Source of the DNA: Mantamonas sphyraenae STR306 | Lineage: Eukaryota; Protista; CRuMs | DNA: 64,000 bases | Direction: 5' to 3' | Assembly: GCA_026936335.1 (NCBI GenBank) | Contig: JAPMXV010000029.1 | Coordinates: forward strand, 372,001-436,000 | Part shown: piece after piece, positions 56,456-64,000 of the stretch | Numbering within the stretch: the stretch's first letter is position 1 | How the letters are laid out: each line of letters opens with the position of its first letter | Made by a program: the position numbers and the translations under genes | Notes under the pieces: model-generated | What the model saw: the letters and a program-made list of their open reading frames with translations, nothing else | The model's database searches: none | What the model was told of the DNA's origin: nothing

Positions 56456-57557
56456 ATGCAGCGCACACGCAAGGTGCTACGCTTCACATACAGGAAGCCG
56501 TACACAGAGCCGGAAACAGTGGAGCGGATCAAGGCTGTGATCCGGCGGCGGAAGTACCAGCAAGAGGCAGAGGAGGGGCAAGGGGAAGGGGAGGCGGACG
56601 ACGCGGGGCAGAGCTTGGAGGAGATGGAAAAGCGGCTGGAAGAATTGAGTGAGATAAAGAATTCGTTGTTCCAGCTGACCAAGACGGTGATCATGCACGA
56701 GTCGAACAAGAAGAAGCGGGAGGCGGAGCGGTAGGTGGAAAGCGGGAAAATTTGAGATTGATGATGTGGGAGCGATTTTGGCGGGGGGCTGACACGTGGC
56801 ACGAGGACGTTATGGTTGTGGATGCGGGCGCCACACAGAGCGATGCAAAATGTGAATACGATGATTGCAACGACAGAGGCGCAGACGATGGCATCGCCGC
56901 GGACGCCCATGCCCGAGTCGTTGCACACGCCCAACTGGCAGTTCCAACACAACGGGAGCGGTAGCGGGAGCGGCGGACACAGTGTCACTCCCATGGCCAG
57001 TGTTGCGGCTGGCAGCAACTACAACGGGCAGTATGCAAGCAACAGGACGAACGAGACGGGCATGATGTCGTCGTACGGTGGCCAGGAGTATGGCGGGTAC
57101 CGTGGAAACTCGCACACCACGACGAGCTCATATGGGCAGAACCAGGGACAGACGCAGATGCAGGGTTCGTCGTATGGCCAGTCTGTGTACCAAGGACAAC
57201 AGGGACAGCAGCAGGTGCAACAGGGACAGCAGTATGGGGGTTGGGACACGCGCGGAGGCGGGGGTGTCACGACGCAGCAAGCGCAGCAGCAGCAACAGTA
57301 TGGGCAAAGTGGATACGCTCAGCAGCAGCAACAACCACAGCAACAGTACGGACAGCAGCATCAGCAGCAGCAGCCACAACAGCAGTACGGACAGCAGCAG
57401 CAGCAGTACGGACAGCAGCAGCAGCAGCAGCAGTACGGACAGCAGCAGCAGCATGCCACAACAGCAGCAGCAGTACGGACAGCAGCAGCAGCAGTATGGA
57501 CAGCAGCAGCAGCAGTATGGACAACAACAATACGGGCAACACCCGTACGGGCGCTGA
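56456..57557 (+). CDS. Coiled-coil protein with Q/G/Y-rich prion-like tail (GPS2-like N-terminus); frameshift at ~57454
   Basis: Intron 56731..56838. Coiled coil SLEEMEKRLEELSEIKNSLFQLTKTVIMHESNKKKRE followed by QQQQYG repeats. Confidence 0.6.
57270..57550 (+). repeat. (CAG)n-TAY-GGA compound repeat encoding QQQQYG units
   Basis: Repeated CAGCAGCAGTACGGA / CAGCAGCAGTATGGA units seen directly. Confidence 0.9.
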
Positions 57558-57588
57558 ACCACCGAAATACAGCCTGTGCAACTCAACC

Positions 57589-58269
57589 ATGTCCACAACG
57601 GAATCAGTTGACAAAAGCAGTGTCGAGGAGTACGTCGAGGAGCTGAAGCACCCGATTGTCAAACACAGGTTGACAAAGATGCGCGACGACTCGACGTCGT
57701 TGCGGGATTTTCGTCACAACCTGCGCCAGATTGCCATCCAACTGGCCTACAAGGCTTTGGAGAACATGGAATTGGAGGAGCAGACTGTGTCCACGCCCAT
57801 GGGCACGTTTGAGTTGCCTGTGTTGAAGGAACCCAAGGTGCTGATCATCAGCGTGCTGCGTGCCGGAAATGGCTTGACGGATGGCATGATGGACGTGCTG
57901 GACGACGCAGAGTTTGGTTTCATTGGCGTGGCGCGCGACCACGTGACTCTCAAGCCTGTGGGCGACTACATTCGGGTGCCCAAGAGCGTCGAAGACGATT
58001 GCCGCGTGCTGATTGTTGACCCGATGCTGGCGACCGGCGGCACCGCTATCGACGCATGTGACAAGATGAAGGCTCTGGGAGCTACACGCATCACTTTCAT
58101 CTCTCTTATTGCCGCCCCCGAGGGCTGTGCCAAACTGCACGAGGCGCATCCCGATGTGCAGCAGATCACAGCGAACATTGACGACAGCCTGAACGACAAG
58201 GGCTACATCCTTCCAGGACTCGGCGATGCAGGCGACCGTCTGTTTGGCAACGTGCACGAGAAGGAATGA
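57589..58269 (+). CDS. upp: Uracil phosphoribosyltransferase, bacterial Upp type
   Basis: Motifs HPIVKHRLT, SVLRAGNG, VDPMLATGGT, AAPEG and GYILPGLGDAGDRLFG. Intronless. Confidence 0.95.
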   Translation: MSTTESVDKSSVEEYVEELKHPIVKHRLTKMRDDSTSLRDFRHNLRQIAIQLAYKALENMELEEQTVSTPMGTFELPVLKEPKVLIISVLRAGNGLTDGMMDVLDDAEFGFIGVARDHVTLKPVGDYIRVPKSVEDDCRVLIVDPMLATGGTAIDACDKMKALGATRITFISLIAAPEGCAKLHEAHPDVQQITANIDDSLNDKGYILPGLGDAGDRLFGNVHEKE

Positions 58270-58520
58270 GCGCAGACGAGGGGTGAGTGAGCTGGGTGGT
58301 GCTGAATGGAGGAGAGAAGTTTGGAATGGTTTTGCGCAGAAAGTTCTTTTTTCCCTCCCACCGACACGGCGCGTCTGCTGAACGCCTTGTGGCCACGTTG
58401 GACCAAATGGAACATGCATTTCTCTGCGCAAACGAATGGAGTGGAGTGGGGGAGGGTGCGTGGCTAGAGGCAGCAGAAAAGCTGTTTCGTCGAATTGCAA
58501 CACGTCAAACGAGAGGGAGC

Positions 58521-60031
58521 ATGAGTGAGCAAGTGAAGCAGGCAGACAAGCGGCAAAAGACATCCGAGGCAAGCGAGGTGGAGGTGCACACGAACAGCGG
58601 CAGTGGTGGTGGCGGTGTTGAGTCGACAGAGGCGAAGCAAGGACTGGGAGCGTTTGCACACCGGACTTGGACGGGGCCGAAGGAGGCAGACATGGGCATT
58701 GTATCGCGCATCAACAAGGACGAGAACCTGTTCAACGGCTTGCTCAAGGCACGCTTCACAGACTTTCTGGTGAACGAAGTGAGCCTGGACGGGAGCGTCG
58801 TGCATCTGACGCAGACGACGCTTAGTGACACGGTGCAAGAGCAGCTACGTGTCAAGAGTGGCGTGCAGGAGGGCTCTGCTGACGAGGGCCTGGCCATGCT
58901 CACGGACGTGGTGAGTGAAGAAAGCGTGCAGGGCATCCGTGCGCTGCATGAGCGTTCGCAAGTGGTGCAGGAGACGGACGAGAGCAGCAGCAGCAGCAGC
59001 AGCAGCGGCAGCAACGGCGGTGGCGGGTTCGGGCGACAGGGCGAGACCGGAACAGAAGAGTCATTTATGCTGGAAGAGATCCAGGACAAGGAGAAGCGTA
59101 AGAAGGTGCACCAGCTGATCAAGGGCCACTTTGGCAAGCTGGACACGCGGACGGAGAACAAGGACGGAGCAAGCCACATTGTGGTGTGGATCAAGTCGAC
59201 GCGGGCGCAGGAGAAGAGCCGACGAGGCAAGGCGGGACTGGACGCCAAGTACTTTCCCAAAGAGTACAAGTACTGCAGCTTTGTGATGCACAAGGAGAAC
59301 CGGTCGACCAACGAGACGATTTCGGATCTGTGCCGCATGACCCGCATGAAAACCAAGGCGTTTTCGTACCACGGCCTGAAGGACAAGCGCGGCGTCACTG
59401 CACAGCGTGTGACTGTGCACAAACTGTCGCCGCTGCGGCTCATGCAGCTGAGCAAGGGGCTGCGCAACGTGACACTGGGCAACTACGAGCTGACCAACCA
59501 AGAAGCGCGCCTGGGTCGCCTGGCAGGCAACCAGTTCACCATCACCATTCGCGACGTGACGGGACCGGCCCAAGAGAACATCACAGAGGCGCTGGAGAGT
59601 GTGGCGCAGCATGGCTTTATCAACTACTATGGCATGCAACGGTTCGGGACAAGCGACGTGCCCACATACCGTGTGGGCATCCACATGTTCAAGAACGACC
59701 ACAAGGGCGCCGTGGAAACCATTATGGCCCCTCGGTTGTCTGAAGAACCCTACGTGTATCAGGTGCGACAGCAGTTTTTGGAAACGGGCAACGCGGAGGC
59801 GGCGTTGGAAGAGTTGCCGCGTCGCATGAAAATGGAGCGACGCGTGTTGCAGGAGCTGAAGAAGAACCCTCGCAACTACAGCGGGGCCCTGGAAGCACTG
59901 GACCTCAAAATGCGCAGCCTGTACGTCCACAGTTACCAATCGCTGCTGTTCAACAAAGCCGTCAGTGCGCGTATGGCCAAGTACGGTCCCAACGTGGTGG
60001 CAGGTGACTTGGTGGTGGTCAGGCCAGACAG

Positions 60032-60073
<42 letters not shown>

Positions 60074-60738
60074 TGGAGCAGACGGGCGCAACGATGACAC
60101 CGCGTCCGACAACATGGCGGTTGAGGACAGCCTGGACGACGACGCCGACGCAGAGGACGACCAAGGGGTGGAAGGTGGACAGGCGCATGTTGTGAGCCAG
60201 GAAGAAGCCGAGACGGGTGCGTTTTCCCTGCAGGACGTGGTGATGCCGATGCCCGGGCTGGAATGCCGTCTATCCCGAGCACGATGTGGGCCGTGCGTTC
60301 TACGAGGAACTGTTGGCTGAAGATGGCCTCAGCATCGAAAAGATCAGCAGGGCGGCGTCGCATCTGAACGTACGCGGCACGGTGCGACATGTCGTGATCA
60401 AGCCCGACCAGATGGAATGGCGCTTCATGCGCTACAACAACCCAAACGCCAACCTGGCCCTCACCGATCTGGACCTTTTGCAAGAGGACGACGACGACAT
60501 GGACGCGGAGACCGGCGACAACGAGGAGGAGGAGAGCGAGAAGAAACCCGAAGGCGTGGTTGACGACGGCTACTTTCTGGCTGTGCAGCTGCAGTTTGTG
60601 CTGCGTGCAGGCTGCTACGCCACCATGCTTTTGCGTGAAGTTATGGCGGGGGACACAAGCAAGGGCTGGCAGGCGACACAGTTTCATCGCAAACGGCCGC
60701 GACCCGATCATCAAGACGACGACGAGGAGGACCTTTGA
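58521..60738 (+). CDS. PUS7: TruD-family pseudouridine synthase PUS7; frameshift at ~60256
   Basis: Motifs LKARFTDFLVNE, GLKDKRGVTAQ, GFINYYGMQRFG, YVHSYQS and GCYATMLLRE. Removing one G gives MPMPGWNAVYP...FYEELL. Confidence 0.95.
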
Positions 60739-60755
60739 GGACATGGAACGCCAAT

Positions 60756-61386
60756 TCACTTGCTGTTCGACTTTTTCTCCTCGATCTCCTTGCGCGTGGT
60801 GGAGCCGCCTGAATGCAAGGCGCACATGGTGTGCGTGTGCGTGTGTGAGCCAGTGAAGGGGGTCGAGTTTCCCTCTCTCGCGCTCGCTTTCTCCGCTTCT
60901 CCACGCTCGACCTACCATAAAACGACGTCTTCTCGTCGTACTCCTTCTTGCCCACGTTCTGTAGCAAGCACCATTGAAGCGCATCACAGAGTCAGCGAGT
61001 CTGTGCAGCATCGTGTGGATGCGCAGCGACGGGGAGGATTGTCTGAGCAAAAAATGAGCGGTGGGCCGATCCCAAACTTACCGAATCCTGCTCCGCAGCC
61101 TTCTTGGCCACGTCTGTCAGATTGCCCTTGGGCGTGCGGTCGGGTACAATGATCTTGGAGCCCCAGCGTTGCTCCTCCTCCGACACGTCGTTGACGTAGT
61201 CGGCGTCTGCGAACGCAGGAGACAAACATCCGAGAGGTGTGAGCGTCGCCGTTCCTTGTCCACGATATCTCACACACACAACATACCGGTCTCCCAGTCG
61301 TCGTCATCCTCCTCTTCGTCGATCTCGCGGTTGTTGGACTTGGACTGCACGTCGCCGGTCTCGTGTTCTCGCAGGTACACGCTCAT
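60756..61386 (-). CDS. 106-aa cortactin/HS1 N-terminal-acidic-domain-only protein, 4 exons
   Basis: Exons 61386-61287, 61206-61082, 60958-60916 and 60808-60756 total 321 nt, with all introns GT-AG. Translation includes [25 protein letters not shown]...SFYGG. Confidence 0.85.
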
Positions 61387-61438
61387 TTGATGTGTTTTGC
61401 TGGACGCGCTCCGCGCACCAACCCAATCCATTGTCACC

Positions 61439-61938
61439 ATGGTACGTCAACACCGCACTGCACACACACACACACACACACAGCACTCACTCACTCACAA
61501 TGGCCCTCTGCCTTCTGCATCCAAAGTATATTGACCGCGTGGAAGTGGAAAACTTCAAGAGCTACCGCGGCAAGCAGACGATTGGGCCCTTTTCACAGTT
61601 CACGTCGGTGATTGGCCCTAATGGTGCTGGTAAGTAAAACACAGCAGTGGGTGCCTGCGTAACCCGGCACCTGCCGGCCTGTCAGCGTGGGGTTGTCCGG
61701 TTTTGCGCGCGTCCTGAGTTCCTGACACCGCTTGGCGCGTTTTTGGCGCGAATCAGGAAAATCGAATCTTATGGACGCCATCAGCTTTGTGCTGGGCGTG
61801 CAGTCATCGCACCTGCGTGGCACTCTGGGACAGTTTGCCTACACACCCAAGAGCCGCCAGGACGAGGTCAAATACGTCAGCGTGACGCTTGTACTGGCGG
61901 GAGTTCCCAGCAAGCACACTCGCCTTCCGCGACGCAAC

Positions 61939-61974
<36 letters not shown>

Positions 61975-64000
61975 GTGTCCAGCAGCAGCAGCAGGCGCTT
62001 CCTGGAGGATGACATGGATGAGGAAGAGGGCGAGGAGGAAGGCGAGGTGGAGCTGTACGAGGTGGAACTGCAGCGCATCTTGCGTCGCTCGGGCGCAAAC
62101 TGGACGTCGTCGTTCAAGTTCAACGGGTCGGCAGTCACGCAGGACAAGTACGACAGCTACCTGCAATCCATCAATATCCTGGTGCAAGCCCGCAACTTTC
62201 TGGTGTTCCAGGTCAGTGTAGCGTTGTACGGCGCCCGAAAAAGCGGGTGGCGCCCTTTTTTGGCGGGAAGCCTGACACCTGACACACAACCACCCCCCCC
62301 ACCAACCCCGTACACACGCACAACACGCACACTTGACACAGGGTGATGTGCAAAGCGTCGTGTCCACAAACCCCATGGAAAAGACACGGCTGTTTGAAAC
62401 CATCTCCGGCTCGGGAGCGCTGAAGGACGAGTACGAACGGCTCAAGGCGCAGGTGGACGATGCCAAGATGCAAACATTGGAGCTGCACAAGCTGGTCAAG
62501 GACAACCGCACGGAGAAGAAGCAGTACCTGGAGCAGAAGCAGGAGGTGGAAGAGTACGAGGCGCTTCTGGAACAGCGTGTAAGTGTGTGCCTGACCCCAC
62601 GCGCTGCAACGCCGGCGAAAAGCGAGTCCTGATCACTCTTTGCGTTTTTCCTGATCACCCACCCGCCCCACTAGACCGCGCGCCCTCCACCTGCCTATGC
62701 ACCCCTTGCACGCACTGACACGGTAAGCGGTGGCATCCCACACGACACAGAACACCGTGAATCTGCAGCAGGCGTTGTGGGAGGTGTACCACATGAACCT
62801 GGAGATTGGCGAGCTGCACGAGAGCGTGCGGCAGGTGCAGGCGGAGTTGGAGGAGAAGCGACACCAGTACAAGCTGGGCCAAGAGCAACTGAAGGAGCTG
62901 CGTCAGGAGGAAGCACGATTCCAGCGCGAACTGAGCAACATCGAGCGCCGCCAGGTGACCCTCAAGGAAACCGCACAGAAGCAACGCTCCGAGCACGTTT
63001 ATGCCACACAGGAGGCCCAGATGCGCCAGGACAAGATCACACAGCTGGAAAAAAGTGTCAAGGCTCTGGAAGAGGCACAGGACAAGCACCAGCGCACCAT
63101 TGCCGACCTCGAGAAGCAGCTGGACATTCGCCAAGCGTGACCAGGCTCGCTTCGAACAACAGGTCGAGGAGAACGCCACCAGCCAGCAGGGGCTCAAGCT
63201 GGGTGAGCAGGAACTGCGCGAGTATCGCAAACTGTATGTTGTCACCGTTTGACCTGCATACACACACACACACACACTCAGAGCTGCACTCACACACACA
63301 CACACACACACCACGTGCCACTCACAGCAAGGCAGAGGTCAAGACACAGACAAGCACACAGCAAGCAGAACTGGACACACTGCAGCGACAGGCCAGGAAG
63401 GACAAGGACAAGATGGCGGATCTGGAGCGACGCATGGCGGAGCTTGAAGAAGCGCGCAAGACACACACGGAGACGCGACAGCTGTCTGCAAGCAACCGCG
63501 ACAAGCGTGAGCAGTCCATTGTGCAGTTTTCTGCATCGCTGAACCAGATCGACGCCGAGATGAAGCAGCTCAATGCAGAACTCGCAACCATGCGCTCGCA
63601 GAAGCTGGAAACCGAGGCCGAACTGGAGCAGGTCTCTCTGCGCCTCAGCGAGGCCAGCGCAGACCACAGTGAGTCGGAACGCGAGGCCAAACAGCGCGAG
63701 TGCGTCGATTTCCTGCGCAATGCCCTGGGCGACAACGTGTACGGGCAACTGGGCGAGCTGTGTGAACCCGTCGACGATCGCTTCCGCATGGCCCTCACAG
63801 TGGTCCTGGGCCAGCACATCGACTCGGTCATTGTCGAGGACATGCGCACAGCCAAGGAGTGTGTGCAGTTGATGAAGGAGAAGCAGTTTGCGTCCATGAC
63901 GTTCCTGCCACTGGACTCCATCCGAGGCTCTGCCGTGCCCGACCACCTGCGCCGCATCTCCCAGACCGCTCGTCCAATCATCGACGTCGTCTCCTTTGAC
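61439..64000 (+). CDS. SMC1: Cohesin subunit SMC1, 5' part running off the window; frameshift at ~63128
   Basis: M|[13 protein letters not shown]...IGPNGAG|[27 protein letters not shown]|GDV, and hinge motifs VYGQLGELC and TFLPLD. Several GT-AG introns. Confidence 0.95.

Noticed and set aside
57270-57550. Regular repeats that could suggest a CRISPR-like array
   Set aside because: There are no unique spacers. It is a codon-level (CAG)n-TAYGGA coding repeat in a eukaryotic gene.
57241-57588. Apparent Ala/Ser-rich N-terminal fusion to UPRT
   Set aside because: It is an off-frame reading of the upstream QQQQYG repeat. UPRT starts at the ATG at 57589.
63259-63312. (CA)n tracts in introns (also near 61461 and, as GT, near 47950)
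   Set aside because: These are ordinary intronic microsatellites with no terminal repeats or target-site duplications, so there is no evidence for introner-like elements.
1-64000. tRNA, rRNA or snRNA genes and transposons; prokaryotic or viral origin of the contig
   Set aside because: None were recognised, and there is almost no non-coding space. Spliceosomal introns and core eukaryotic genes show this is nuclear DNA. Small intronic ncRNAs cannot be excluded without an Infernal search.

Overview
This is a very gene-dense, GC-rich eukaryotic nuclear region with short spliceosomal introns of roughly 75-220 nt. The organism is most likely a flagellated protist, since CCDC40, MKS1 and a C2CD6-like gene are present, but the taxon cannot be fixed from sequence alone. 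About 33 protein genes tile almost the whole window, with intergenic gaps as short as 8-30 nt. Conserved genes are three pseudouridine synthases (TruB, PUS3, PUS7), NAA25, CCDC40, ERCC6L/PICH, PanK, pyruvate kinase, a ferric reductase, SPCS3, an F-box/LRR protein, BRCC36, MND1, LIS1, SKA2, MKS1, SET1, USP22, LIN52, a bacterial-type UPRT and SMC1. The main highlights are: (1) a four-exon, 106-aa 'mini-cortactin' made only of the acidic DDW Arp2/3-binding N-terminus; (2) a textbook U12-type AT-AC intron in SPCS3; (3) an intronless LasA/staphylolysin (M23A) peptidoglycan hydrolase with a signal peptide and a GPI-like tail; (4) a protein of about 1630 aa built from four ankyrin + receiver-like modules; (5) a protein with five winged-helix-like repeats; (6) near-zero spacing between same-strand genes; and (7) alternating G/C skew domains that ignore gene orientation. 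Seven clear and two probable single-base frameshifts split genes and are most likely assembly indels. No rRNA, tRNA, CRISPR or mobile element was recognised. All family calls come from motif recall; no searches were run.
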